From contig NC_068994.1 of NCBI RefSeq assembly GCF_001194135.2, positions 44,950,260 through 45,014,259 of the forward strand: a stretch of 64,000 nucleotides of DNA. Direction: 5' to 3'. Made by a program: the position numbers and the translations under genes. Of this stretch, positions 26,311 through 38,610 are shown piece after piece; the first letter of the stretch is position 1, and the number at the start of each line of letters is the position of its first letter. The notes under the pieces are model-generated. The model ran no database searches, had not been told where the DNA came from, and saw only the letters and a program-made list of their open reading frames with translations. Source of the DNA: Octopus bimaculoides (Eukaryota).

Positions 26311-26928
26311 CATCTTCATCTTCATTGTTTAACGTCTGCTTTCCATGCTAGCATGGGTTGGACGATTTGACTGAGGACTGGCGAACCAGATGGCTGCACC
26401 AGGCACCAATCTGATCTGGCAGAGTTTCTACAGCTGAATGCCCTTCCTAACGCCAACCACTCCGAGATTTTAGTGGGTGCTTTTACGTGCCAACCCTTCT
26501 TACTATAGGCACAAGATCTGAAATTCGGGGAATGGGGCTAGTTGATTATATTGACTCCAGTGTTTCACTGGTACTTAATTTATCGACCCCCAAAAGGATG
26601 AAAGGCAAAGTCAACCTCGGTAGCATTTGAACTCAGAACATAAAGACAGGTGAGACGCCACTAAGTTGATCACTGGTATTGATGTAATTGACTTAACCCT
26701 CCCCCCTAAATTGCTGGCCTTGTGTCAAAATTTGAAAGCAATATATAATATTTACATCATGTATGTTGCCTCATGCACTCATACTCCTTGTGTTTGTTTG
26801 TGTGTGTGTGTGAAAATTCACTCATGAAATATATGTGCCAATAGCATAATCATTTATAATTGCCATCACTACCATTAGATGTATTCTGATGCGATGCACT
26901 ATAATGTAATTTATTATTTCCTTTACAG

Positions 26929-27042
26929 TTGAATGTTGACTTCTTAGCAAACTTCAAGATAGCCCCTGTCGTAAAAGCTGACCAGCTTGTGTCATACCGA
27001 ACCTTTATGGGGTTTACTTGTCCTTGCTTCCCAGAAAGTCGG
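26929..27042 (+). CDS. GPAM: GPAT1-like coding exon 2
   Basis: ttacag|TTG...CGG|gtgtgt. LNVDF...YRTFMGFTCPCFPESR resembles the GPAT1 segment KRPFVGRCCYSCTPQSW. Confidence 0.85.
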
Positions 27043-27520
27043 GTGTGTATTCCTTTACCATATATTGTGGCAGTAGCATTCATACCGCTTATATATGTGT
27101 GTGTGTGTGTATGTATATGTGTGTATGTATGTATATATGTATGTATAATATGTATGTATGTATAATATGTGTATATATATAAATGTATATATATATGTAT
27201 GTATGTGTGTGTGGATATATATATANNNNNNNNNNNNNNNNNNNNNNNNNNNNNNNNNNNNNNNNNNNNNNNNNNNNNNNNNNNNNNNNNNNNNNNNNNN
27301 NNNNNNNNNNNNNNNNNNNNNNNNNNNNNNNNNNNNNNNNNNNNNNNNNNNNNNNNNNNNNNNNNNNNNNNNNNNNNNNNNNNNNNNNNNNNNNNNNNNN
27401 NNNNNNNNNNNNNNNNNNNNNNNNNNNNNNNNNNNNNNNNNNNNNNNNNNNNNNNNNNNNNNNNNNNNNNNNNNNNNNNNNNNNNNNNNNNNNNNNNNNN
27501 NNNNNNNNNNNNNNNNNNNN

Positions 27521-27565
<45 letters not shown>

Positions 27566-27939
27566 GAGTTTATTGTTCCGTTAAGGTATGGCCAACAAAA
27601 AAAGTATTCCATCCATTGAGAGATAAATATCTTTAATGTACAGGGTATAAAGATATGAGCTACTAATAGTTTCTTGCTTGGAGACATGGGGGGCCTAGGC
27701 AAGTTTTTATAATACACATGTCTACAAGCAATCTCCAAGCTCTGAGTACATATTCTATTAAATTTACAATAGAGATCATTTGCACAGAGCCTGAAGATTG
27801 CTTGGAGACACAAGGTATGTTATAAAAACCTGCCTAGACTCACGTCTCCTAGCAAGGAACTATTAGTAGCTTGTATGTTTATAGTGTGTACATTAAATGA
27901 TAGATATATATATATATATATATATATATATCCTGATGG

Positions 27940-28060
27940 GTAAAGGCTATTTGCCAACATAATGTGGCTGTCCTGGAAGGGACAATGTTATTGCTGTTTT
28001 AGCCCCAAGAAATATTGTCCCTTCCAGGACAGCCACATTACGTAGGCGAATAGCCTTTAC
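27940..28060. repeat. Foldback element: 50-bp inverted repeat with a 21-nt loop
   Basis: Arms 27940-27989 and 28011-28060 differ at only 4 of 50 positions. Confidence 0.9.
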
Positions 28061-28806
28061 TTTAAAGAACTGTTACTGAATGTCTCTCTTTGAGAGATTT
28101 AGAAATAATAATATTTCTATATCCTGATATTTATAACTCTAAGACAATACATCCTATTTTTACCAGTATGTTTGTTGGAAACTTTGGGAATCTACCATAG
28201 TAACTTTAAGAAGAAACGTTGTGGGTTAATTGTTCCATTAATTAACTGATTACTTATACATACAAACCATTCTATAGTGGAGAAACAGCTCCTGTAATGA
28301 TTTGAAATTATCATACCATTGAATATGTATGTAAAAACATAATGTTTGTCTTTTTGTCTGATTAATACATATATGTGTGTATGCATAAGAACTTGATAAC
28401 AAGGTCGTGGGTTGGATTTTTCAACTGGGCAATGTATTGTGTCCTTGAGCAAGGCACTCCATTTCACATTGTTCTAGTCTTCTCATCTGAAATGAATACT
28501 GGCTGAAATAAATACTAGCCAAGTGCTTATTTCACATATGTACACTTGTAGATTCTGCTGGTGTCTACAGCAGAGTAGAGTGAGGGGAAAATCGATCAGA
28601 GTACCCCTGTATGAGAGTATATGTCTGGTGAGGAAACACAATGGAGGGCATTTAATTATCCAGCAAAGTTTGATGCGTTGTTAGCTGTTCAGCTTTTGTT
28701 ACAACTAAAGAAAGGTGTGTGAGGGAGAGAGAGAGAGAGAGAAAGTACAAAAAAAGAGAAATGAATTGAGTTCTCTCAGTAACTTAGAATTTTCTGTCTT
28801 CTTTAG

Positions 28807-28877
28807 AAAAATATTACCTCAGAAAATATTTTACAAGACTCTCTGCAGAATGTCCTCAATATTCGATCTGAGCTGAG
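28807..28877 (+). CDS. GPAM: GPAT1-like coding exon 3
   Basis: ctttag|AAA...AG|gtaagt; KNITSENILQDSLQNVLNIRSEL aligns with GPAT1 LRNVIYINE. Confidence 0.88.
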
Positions 28878-29129
28878 GTAAGTAGTTCAGTTTCCTTTAC
28901 ATTCTTGTTTTTCATTTGTGAAAAGGTAAGATTGTCTTTTATATTGACACTTGGGCAGCAGTGACATTAGTTGTGTCCCATGTAAACAATATTTCTGGTA
29001 CCTCAGTAATTTTCAAATGTCAAGCCTAGTGGAATGAAGTACCTTACTTTAAAAAAAGAAAAAAAAAGTTAGCATCAGGAAAAGTGTCTGTCTATAGAAT
29101 TCTGTCTTCAGAAGACTCATCTAACTCAT

Positions 29130-29518
29130 GGTTGGTTGGCACTCCGTTGGTTACGACGACGAGGGTTCCAGTTGATCCAATCAACGGAACAGCCTGCTCA
29201 TGAAATTAACGTGCAAGTGGCTGAGCACTCCACAGACACGTGTACCCTTAACGTAGTTCTCGGGGATATTCAGCATGACACAGAATGTGACAAGGCTGGT
29301 CCCTTAGAAATACAGGTACAACAGAAACAGGAAGAAAGAGTGAGAGAAAGTTGTGGTGAAAGAGTACAGCAGGGGTGGCCACCATCTTCTGCCGGAGCCT
29401 TGTGGAACTTTAGGTGTTTTCGCTCAATAAACACTCACAAGGCCCGGTCTGGGAATCGAAACCGCGATCCTACGACCGCGGGTCCACTGCCCTAACCACT
29501 GGGCCATTGCGCCTCCAC
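29130..29518 (-). mobile_element. Full-length SINE family B with 10-bp TSD
   Basis: tRNA-like head with A/B boxes. TSD tctaactcat at 29120-29129 and 29519-29528. Confidence 0.92.
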
Positions 29519-29725
29519 TCTAACTCATAGCAGCACAGAAAAAGCAGACACAAAAATAATGATGATGTTGACAATGATGTTATTTAATTTATATTCTAAA
29601 TCTTATTAAACTTACCTGATTGATTATTTGTCCACATATGATGATGATGATGATGATGATGATATTCTGGTTTACATTATTTCTCTCTGGCTGTGTCTCA
29701 TGGATATTCCTTATTTCTCTTTCAG

Positions 29726-29833
29726 ACACCCAAACAGATTTGAATTGCTATTCCCATACCTGGCATATAGCTTGCAAAGGAAAAGCCCTTATGTCTACCC
29801 AGATTTGTCTCTGTCGGTACTCATATCCAGCAG
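29726..29833 (+). CDS. GPAM: GPAT1-like coding exon 4
   Basis: ttcag|A...AG|gtgagt; HPNRFELLFPYLAYSLQRKSPYVYPDLSLSVLISS; phases fit. Confidence 0.9.
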
Positions 29834-30113
29834 GTGAGTTCTTCTTATTTTACAGACACACACACACACACACACACACAAAGGAGTAAATGATACCTGT
29901 TTTTAAAAACTAGTTATCTTGTGTCTATTTTTTTGGGAAAAAAAAATGCTTATTGTTTCTCATCCTTTTTATATGCTTATTTAAATCTCTGAGTTTGATA
30001 TATTTCATCAGTATTATATACAGCTTCACTGTGAGACCTTGGGCAAACTACACCTTATAATATTCTCATTATAATTGAAAGATATTTATTTTACACCCAC
30101 ATGCCCATGTTTG

Positions 30114-30165
<52 letters not shown>

Positions 30166-30277
30166 AACACGTGTGCATATATGAATATTTGTGTCTGTGT
30201 ATGTATAAATACATATATATATATATATTTTTTTTTTATGTATGTAAATATGTAATTATTGCAAATATTTTCTCCAG

Positions 30278-30321
30278 AGTACAAGATGCCGTCCAGCAAA
30301 ATGTGCAAAAGACAATTGAAA
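30278..30321 (+). CDS. GPAM: GPAT1-like coding exon 5
   Basis: ctccag|A...A|gtaagt; (R)VQDAVQQNVQKTIE matches GPAT1 RVQEAI. Confidence 0.9.
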
Positions 30322-30864
30322 GTAAGTCTTATTTTTGTTGTTTTTAATTTTTTAATACTTCTCTTCTGTTTTTTTCTCTTGTTCATGATGTCCAGCAAAA
30401 ATGCTTTTCCTTCACTTGCATAAATTAGTGTGTTTGTAAGAGAAGAGAGTAGTTGATAAATATTAAATGAATGTTGAATAAGGAAGGTAGTTGATTCTGC
30501 TTGTTTTGCAGTCCTTTTGGCAGGATTTGTGTCCTTATTTTATTCTTTCTTGTAATAAGATTGTGATGCAAGGGTCCAAAGAAACATCATCATCATCATT
30601 TTAACATCCACTTTTCCATGCTTGCATGGGTTGGACAGAGTTCATTGAAACAGACTTTTCTCCGGTTGGATGCTCTTGTTGTTGCCAACATGACCTGTTT
30701 CCAAAAAGGTAATATTTTCCCGTGGCAAGATATGTTTTCACAGAATATTGAAAATGAATGTCATTCATTTACAACAATCAGTGTCAAGATAAGGTGATAC
30801 AAATGGGCATGTGTGCGTTCGCACACACACACACACACACATGCATATATATATATATATCACT

Positions 30865-31232
30865 TTTTCGACTCCGTCAGTCACGAATAACCATGGGCGC
30901 ACCTAAGAGGTTCCTCTCCGGCATACAAGTCTGGACGGAAAATCGCCTCACCGGTGAACACGCAACCTAGGGCTGTTTTTATGGAAGACCAGCAGTCACC
31001 CATGCATACCAGCCTCCTCTCCACGCCACCAATGTTATCCAAGGCAAAGGCAAAGGCTGATACAGCTTGGCACCAGTGACATTGCAACTCATTTCTAATG
31101 CTGAGTGAACTGGAGCAACATGAAAATAAAGTGTCTTGCTCAAGAACACAACATGCAGTCTGGTTCGGGAATTGAACTCACAACCTTACGATCGTAAGCT
31201 CAACACTCTAACCACTGAGCCATGTGACTTCA
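30865..31232 (-). mobile_element. tRNA-derived SINE family E; inverted partner at 35161-35490 (+)
   Basis: Its reverse complement aligns along the length with 35161-35490 (ggctcagtggttag...ggtgccaagctg.atcagcctttgccttt...ccatggt.attcgtgac). Confidence 0.8.
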
Positions 31233-31459
31233 CTATATATATAACCAGCTTTTTTCAGTTTCTGTCTACTAAATCTATTCACAAGGCTTTAGTTGACCTG
31301 GCACTATTGTAGAAGTCACTTGCCCAAGATACCACACAGTGTGACTGAACCTGAAACCATGTGGTTGAGAAATTAACTTCTTGACCACACAGCCCCACCT
31401 GCACTAAAGCTATGCTTGCCTGGAATTGGCAAAAATCAGTGTGTGCATGAGTGATTATG

Positions 31460-31490
<31 letters not shown>

Positions 31491-31642
31491 GTAAATTAGT
31501 ATTGAATAAAGATTGAGGCACAAGTGTGTACTTGTTAGTTCATTATGGTAAAAAGGAATGTTTTGCAAGGTTTGGTGGAGAGAATTTGATAATTGAATAA
31601 AAATTAAATTGAATATGGACTGCTTTGGATATGGTTTTGTAG

Positions 31643-31745
31643 GTGAACCAAATGCTAAAATGGAAAAAGTCCTGAAGATTGAAAAGCAACGTTCCAAAAA
31701 GATCATTGATCGAATGAAAGCCTGTATATCGTACTGGTCAGTGAG
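31643..31745 (+). CDS. GPAM: GPAT1-like coding exon 6
   Basis: ttgtag|GT...AG|gtgagt; EPNAKMEKVLKIEKQRSKKIIDRMKACISYWSV matches KAKRILQEMVATVS. Confidence 0.92.
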
Positions 31746-32546
31746 GTGAGTATTTAGTTGGCTTCTTTCCCTCTAGCACTCAATCATTGCCATAAATTAC
31801 TTCAGTATGAGCTGCATTATTATACTGCTTATGTATATGAGACGGTGTTGCTGCTACAGCCAAATATCATACATCTAATTTCAAAAATGAAGCTTTCTCT
31901 TCAAGTCCAGAAAATACTATATTTAACCCATTAGCATTTAAACCAGCCATATCCAGCCCAAATATGCTATCTGTTTTTATATTCTAACCAACCGGATCAA
32001 GCTTTATGTTCTAACCAACCAGATCAAGCCTATCACACATACCCTTCAGTGCAAGGGTACGTGAAGGAGATTTGGCTGTTATTTCTAGTAGGTCGATCGA
32101 CCACATAGAAGTTTCCTCTTTGGCTTGAGGAGAGCTGAGTGTATTAAATGGATTATGAAAAGAGAGGGACACAGCAAGACAATTCAGAGGAACATAAGTC
32201 ACTACAGTAGCTGTAGAAGAGACAGTGAGAGGAAGCAACATGCCTGTGAACCAATAGCCAGGATTGCCCTTGGCTAAACAACAACAATAATCTCTCCTCC
32301 TTTCAGTGTCCCTAGATCACCTAATCCTCACGCTCAGTAATTTCTTCAATCCTATGTGTTTACATGAGTACAACAGACTTCAAGAATATCTTTCCTGGCT
32401 ATATTCTTCTGACAAATATTACTCCACAGAAATTCAAACTGGATCTGTCCAGTCTGAGAGGATGTTGCATATGTCATGTCTGCTGTTGCTTTACTTTACA
32501 CTGTGTAACTGGAAACAATCTGTATCTTAGTAATCCAGTCTAACTT

Positions 32547-33095
32547 CTGGTTAACCATCAGTCGATATCCTAGAAACCTGATTAATCATCAGTCACTGTA
32601 CCAGAAAGGTTTTTAACCATCAGTCAATATTTTAGCAACCTGGTTAACCATCAATCAGTTTTCTGGTGACCTCTGGTTAACCATCAATCAATATTCTAGA
32701 GACCTCTGGTTAACCATCAATCAATATTCTAGTGACCTCTGGTTAACCATCAATCAATATTCTAGTGACCTCTGGTTAACCATCAATCAGTATTCTAGTG
32801 ATCTGGTTAACCATCAATCAGTATTCTAGTGATCTGGTTAGCCATTAATTAGTATTCTAGTGACCTCTGATTAACCATAAATCGGTATTCTAGTGACCTG
32901 GTTAACCATCAATCAGTATTCTAGTGACCTGGTTAACCATCAATCAGTATTTTAGTGACCTGTTTAACCATCAATCAGTATTCTAGTGACCTGGTTAACC
33001 ATCAGTCAATATTCTGGTTAACCAGCCATCAATAAGCTGACCTTGATAATCATCACTCAATCTCCTAGCAACCTGGTTAATCATCAGTCAGTAAT
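32547..33095. repeat. Minisatellite, about 17 units of 30-32 bp
   Basis: Consensus ctggttaaccatcaatcagtattctagtgac(ct); homogeneous in the centre and degenerate at the edges. Confidence 0.92.
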
Positions 33096-33159
33096 CCTTG
33101 TAATCTTAATCTTCAGATTACTGTTGTCTAAAATTGCTTCCCCGCTTTTTCTCTTGCAG

Positions 33160-33256
33160 CCTCTTTGGTTACTCATTGTTCAAGTTCCTTGGGTTAATAT
33201 TACGGAGCCTCCAGGTTCATCGGTCACAGTTGAATATAATTAAAGATTTAGAAAAG
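33160..33256 (+). CDS. GPAM: GPAT1-like coding exon 7
   Basis: ttgcag|C...AAG|gtaagt; LFGYSLFKFLGLILRSLQVHRSQLNIIKDLEK matches LTGWVLLKLF...IQIHKGQLEMVK. Confidence 0.93.
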
Positions 33257-34690
33257 GTAAGTGAAACATTGCCACCGATGCTTAACTGAAAAAACGTGTG
33301 TGTGTACCTTTGTCTTGACATTATATGATGGTAAATAAATGAGCATCACTGTCATGGCAGCAATGTTCTTTGTTTCCAGTCTTTGTAAAACATGTCTGAC
33401 CATGGGAAATATCACCTTGCTTGGTAACAGGAAAGGTAACCGGCTGTAGAAAATCTACCTTGTGGACATTAAATGATAATAATGATATGTGTATGATATG
33501 CTTCCATATGGTTTCTGTTTACCAAATTTTACTCAAGGCATTAATCGACTTCAGGCTATAGTAGAAGACTGTTGCCCATCCAAGGTGCAACACAGGTACT
33601 GAACCAGGGAACATATGGTTATAAAATGAACTTTCTAAACATGGTTTTTTGAGAAGCCAGGCTCTGTTTGACAGCTACTATATTTTGTTCAATAAAACTG
33701 TGGGTTCAAGTCTAGCCATATGAATTTTCTCTGAAATGAATGTAAGGTTACAATACAGCTTATTAAAATTTATTAAACCTTTACCAACATTGTTGTTCAG
33801 TAGCAGAATAATATTACAGATAGATTAGGTGCTTGTACCACGTAGAGAGCACCTGTACTGGTGCTACATAAAAAGCACCCAATATACTCTGTAAAGTGGT
33901 TGGCATTAGGAAGGGGATCCAACCATACCAAAACAGACAAATGGAACCTCCAACTTACCAGCTCTTGTCAAACTGTCCAACCCATGCCAGCATGGAAAAC
34001 AGACATTAAATGATGATGATGAGATTATATCTTCCACTTAGCTGCTTAGTTAACATCCTTTTTGACATAAAGTGAAAAATAATTGACAACTCTCAAAGTA
34101 GAAGAGGTGACAAGTGTAAAACAAGGACTATAGCTTTCAGAGTTGTCTTCTAAGACTGCACATTCGATACTACTTGTGTGGACTTTTACTCTGTCTAAAG
34201 ACTCAGATATTTGAAACAAAATATAATTTTAAGAGAAAGTATATATTTCATAGTTACAACCACAAATTGAACAATCATCTTATAGTTTTCAAAATGATGG
34301 TGGAATTTCTATAGGTACTGCTTGTTGTTATTGTTATTGTTGTTATTATTTAACTTGCCTCAGGTTTGGTCTCATTCCTGATAGAATTTATGTGGTAGCA
34401 GGTTACTACCTGTTTATTATTATTATTATTTATTTATTTTTTTTTTCGAGGTGGCAAGCTACTAGAATCATTAGCATGCCAAGCAAAATGCTTAGAGGCA
34501 TTTCATTTGCTTTTATGTCCTGGGTTAAAACTGCTGAGGTTGACTTTGAGTATTGATGAAATAAGTCCCAGTTGAGTACCAGGGATGCTGTAATTTACTA
34601 GACCCCCTCCCACCAAATTTCAGGCCTTGTGCTTATAGTAAAAAGGATTATTATCATTATTAATTATCATTATTATTATTTCTCTTGCAG

Positions 34691-34827
34691 AAAGGTCATC
34701 CCATAATCTTCTGCCCTTTACATAAAAGCCATCTTGATTACATTATTGTCACTTGGATATTGTGGATTCACGACATGCGAGTGCCTTATGTAGCAGCTGG
34801 GGACAATCTGAACATCCCTATTATTGG
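34691..34827 (+). CDS. GPAM: GPAT1-like coding exon 8 (catalytic motif I)
   Basis: ttgcag|AAA...GG|gtttgt; KGHPIIFCPLHKSHLDYIIVTW...PYVAAGDNLNIPII contains the HxxxxD motif. Confidence 0.97.
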
Positions 34828-35667
34828 GTTTGTACTATTTTCCTTTGTATTCTCTATTATATAACATGTTTTTTTCTATGATGCATCATGTAATTCCTTA
34901 ATGACACAACAGATAATAACAGCTTGTTCTCTAATGACACATCAAGATCTAACAACAGGGGTCTCAAACTCAGGGACACTGATTGGGCCATTACGTTTTG
35001 GCGCAGGGCACAGTGAGGCAAAAATGAGATGAGTTGGGGAGTGATTTCTACCAGCTATGATACGGATCTACAATGCAGCTGATAGACTACTATTTATTTA
35101 TCTTTTTCTCAACAATGTTTGCACCTTCCTCTACATTAGTAAATGATACACATATACTTAGGAAGTGCATGGCTCAGTGGTTAGAACATCAGGCTTAAAA
35201 TCTCGGGGTTGTGAGTTCAATTTCCAGACCAGGCTGTGTGTTGTGTTCTTTGAGCAAGACACCCTTATTTTACATTACTCCTCTTCACTCAGCTGTAGAA
35301 ATGAGTTGTGACATCATTGGTGCCAAGCTGCATCAGCCTTTGCCTTTCCCTTGGACAACGTCAGTGGCGTGGAGAAGGAAGAACAGTATGCATGGGTAAC
35401 TGCCAGTCTTCTCCAAACTTGTCTGGACTTGTGCCTCGGAGGGTAACTTTCTAGGTGCAATTCCATGGTCATTCGTGACCAAAGGGGTTCTTCACACTTT
35501 TACACATATACTTATGTGATGGGCTTCCACATGATTTCTGTCTACTAAATTCTACTTGTGAGGCTACAATATAAAGCATTTTGCAAAGGTGCTGCATTGC
35601 AGAATCAACTCCAAACCATGTGGTTACTGTGTGAACTTCTAAATCGTACACCCATACCTATGTCTGT

Positions 35668-35882
35668 GAAGGGGTGCTGCAAAGTTCATGGCTTTGGGTA
35701 AAAGAAAATACAAGAGGATCAGTTAATTATGATTTTATTCAACATGTTCCCCTCTCAGATTCACACTTATTGCAACAGTCCTTCAGTTTTATTGAGCCAT
35801 ATAAAAGAACTTGGAATGTCGGGCCTCCAACCAGGCCTTTCGTGATACTCTTAAAGCCAGGAACTTTTCGGTACCTCTGTGT
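35668..35882. mobile_element. mariner-derived MITE
   Basis: TIRs ggggtgctgcaaagttcatggcttt / aaagccaggaacttttcggtacc. The interior retains a mariner-like C-terminal remnant on the minus strand. Confidence 0.72.
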
Positions 35883-36254
35883 ATACTGAAACAGTAATTT
35901 TTTATTTGTTACCTGATGTATGAAACATTCTGGCACAGCCATTTTGGCTCCACCTATTTGGCATTGCAGTCAATGCTGACTTACTTGACATCACATGTTA
36001 TAATGTTTTATATCTTTGTATGTTGGATATATAATATAACAAAGCAGGGGTGGGGAGAAAGTATTTACACAACACACTATTATAACACGAGACTCCGTGC
36101 TCTCAACCACGGCTCACAGTGAACTGCTTACCAACCCAAACTGCCAATTGCTTACAGTTCTTTATTTTACAACAATGAGTCAGTCCACTTTGTAGTCACT
36201 TGAGGGGTGGCCGGAATCCTTTCACAACATAATGTTTTCCTTGTTTTCCCTACC

Positions 36255-36298
<44 letters not shown>

Positions 36299-36872
36299 NN
36301 NNNNNNNNNNNNNNNNNNNNNNNNNNNNNNNNNNNNNNNNNNNNNNNNNNNNNNNNNNNNNNNNNNNNNNNNNNNNNNNNNNNNNNNNNNNNNNNNNNNN
36401 NNNNNNNNNNNNNNNNNNNNNNNNNNNNNNNNNNNNNNNNNNNNNNNNNNNNNNNNNNNNNNNNNNNNNNNNNNNNNNNNNNNNNNNNNNNNNNNNNNNN
36501 NNATATATATATATATATATATATACATATATATATTTCTGTGCATGAGTATCTATGTTTGCTTCCAGTGCCAAAAGGTACTGTCACCAAAACAGGTTCA
36601 GTGTCCTGTCAACCAAGCGAAATTACCTGCATCCATCTCCCTCTCCACCGCCACCCCCGTCTCTCCATATGTGTATATTTCTGTGCACATGTGTGTGTGT
36701 GTGTGTGTGTGCGTGCGTGCATGTGTGCTTTCAATACCAAAAGGTACAGTCAGCAAAACAGGTTCAGTATCCAGTCAGCCATGCCAAACCACCAAGCATC
36801 CAAACAGCTGCACCCAGTCATCTCATTCTTTGTTACCGGCCTGTTTAAACTGTTCCTTACTTTGCATTTCAG

Positions 36873-36966
36873 GCCAATATTAAGGGCTGTGGGAGGATTC
36901 TACATCCGAAGGCGGTTAGACACAAATGGCAAAAGAGATCTCATCTACCGATCAGTGTTACAGTCA
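36873..36966 (+). CDS. GPAM: GPAT1-like coding exon 9 (motif II)
   Basis: tttcag|G...TCA|gtaagt; PILRAVGGFYIRRRLDTNGKRDLIYRSVLQS. Confidence 0.97.
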
Positions 36967-37201
36967 GTAAGTAAAAGTTTCCTTGCCTCTGGTTTGAAAG
37001 CCTAACTTTGAACTTGGGCCCTTGATAATTTCAGCTACTAGTACATAAAAGTCCTTGGTTTCAAATGCTGGTAATGTTTGAACAAACTGTCATGCAGTGC
37101 AGTCAAACCTGAAACTATATGAAGGGTGTGTGAGTGTGCGTGTGCATATAATTTCCCTTTTTGCCTTTTGGACTTCAATTTTCTATTTCATCTATATTTA
37201 G

Positions 37202-37331
37202 TACATGCAAGAACTTCTCCAGGAAGGCCAATCTTTGGAATTCTTTATAGAAGGTGGAAGGAGTCGAAGTGGCAAAGCTCTCTATCCGAAAGGTGGTCTA
37301 TTGTCAGTCATTGTAGATACATTTCTTCAAA
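37202..37331 (+). CDS. GPAM: GPAT1-like coding exon 10 (motif III)
   Basis: atttag|TAC...A|gtgagt; YMQELLQEGQSLEFFIEGGRSRSGKALYPKGGLLSVIVDTFLQ. Confidence 0.97.
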
Positions 37332-37638
37332 GTGAGTATACATTGCTTTATGAAGGTTATTTTTTTTTTTTTTTTTACATTTTGGTCAAACATTCTTATC
37401 TCTTGCTCACAGTTCTTCTGGCTTCTCCCTATACTACTACGACTACTACTACTTTTGTCCACTCAGATGCTCTTTACTCACTCATCTAGCTTCCTCTCAC
37501 CACCACTATTGTGTCCAAACCCCTGGATCCACACCAATCACTATACCCAGTTCTTTCTGTACAAGATGTTAGCCCTTTGGACTTTCTTCTATGCATATGT
37601 CTTTCTTGTAGCCAACTTCCAACAATTCAAGCAAAACA

Positions 37639-37868
37639 TTAGCCCTTTTAATGCCAACCTGCTTGATGCAGCCCCTGGTTCTGTGATACAAATTTCCTGT
37701 TTAAAGCCATCTAAATTAGAACCTCTCGTTGAAAGGTGATGTTCATTTGTATTCCAAACACCAGCTGAATAATGACAAAGTTATTTCATTAAATTCATCA
37801 TTATTTTCAAAACTATTTGATACAAAAGCAGTGTAATTTGATAGAAATATGGTAACAAAAGGGGTTAA
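37639..37868. mobile_element. piggyBac-type MITE, family 1, copy B
   Basis: ttag-CCCTTTTAATGCC...TGGTAACAAAAGGGG-ttaa; similar to 1531-1759. Confidence 0.65.
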
Positions 37869-38348
37869 TAGCAACAAATCTTAGCAACCTTGGAGGGTCT
37901 TCAAAGCCATGGGTACAGTCTTTTCACTCATACCAAAATAATATGAACTTGATCTGGTGTTGTTTTGGCAACTGTGCATGTACACACATGCACACACACA
38001 CTATTATCATGCTTGATAATTGTTGTTTTCCTTATTAAAGGTATCAAGTAATCACTGTAAATTTAAGTGGCAATATTACAGCCTAATCTTTTTTTCCTTT
38101 AGTTGAATTGTAACTGATGTCAAAGTAGATATATAAGGTAGCTCATATTTTTTTTTGACATGGATGGTTAATACAGGTGGTGGAGAAAGAGCAGCATATG
38201 AAAACATCTGAGATGAGAGCCAGTGGTATTTTGTTATGGCCTTTTACAATTTGATTACAAATTCCCCTGAAGTTGACTTACGTTCTGATTTTCCCATGAT
38301 CAAACTTTCTAATGTCAGATTTTCTTTATCACACACACACAAGCACAC

Positions 38349-38381
<33 letters not shown>

Positions 38382-38409
38382 TTAAATCTATTTCCCCCCC
38401 TGTTTTCAG

Positions 38410-38492
38410 GTTGCATACAAGATGCCTATATTGTACCCATCAGTATCAGTTATGAAAAGTTGGTGGAGGGTCATTTTATTGATGAACAAATG
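38410..38492 (+). CDS. GPAM: GPAT1-like coding exon 11 (motif IV)
   Basis: tttcag|GT...ATG|gtaagg; CIQDAYIVPISISYEKLVEGHFIDEQM. Confidence 0.97.
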
Positions 38493-38610
38493 GTAAGGTC
38501 ATATTTTGATTTTAACTATGAGTGATTTTGATAATCTTTTTTGTTGATTAGCATTGGGTCAGTCTTGATCTAGCTAACCTGTTTCTGTTCTTCACAACAC
38601 TGTGAAACCT

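Noticed and set aside
29440-29518. tRNA-like sequences with A/B boxes (also at the heads of other SINE families)
   Set aside because: They run into SINE bodies and lack a complete cloverleaf; they are SINE heads, not tRNA genes.
32547-33095. CRISPR-like appearance of ~31-bp repeats
   Set aside because: The units are contiguous with no unique spacers, and the context is eukaryotic; it is a minisatellite.
37247-37270. Motif III reads EGGRSR instead of mammalian EGTRSR
   Set aside because: EGGR occurs in invertebrate GPAT1 orthologues as far as I recall, so it is not evidence of novelty.
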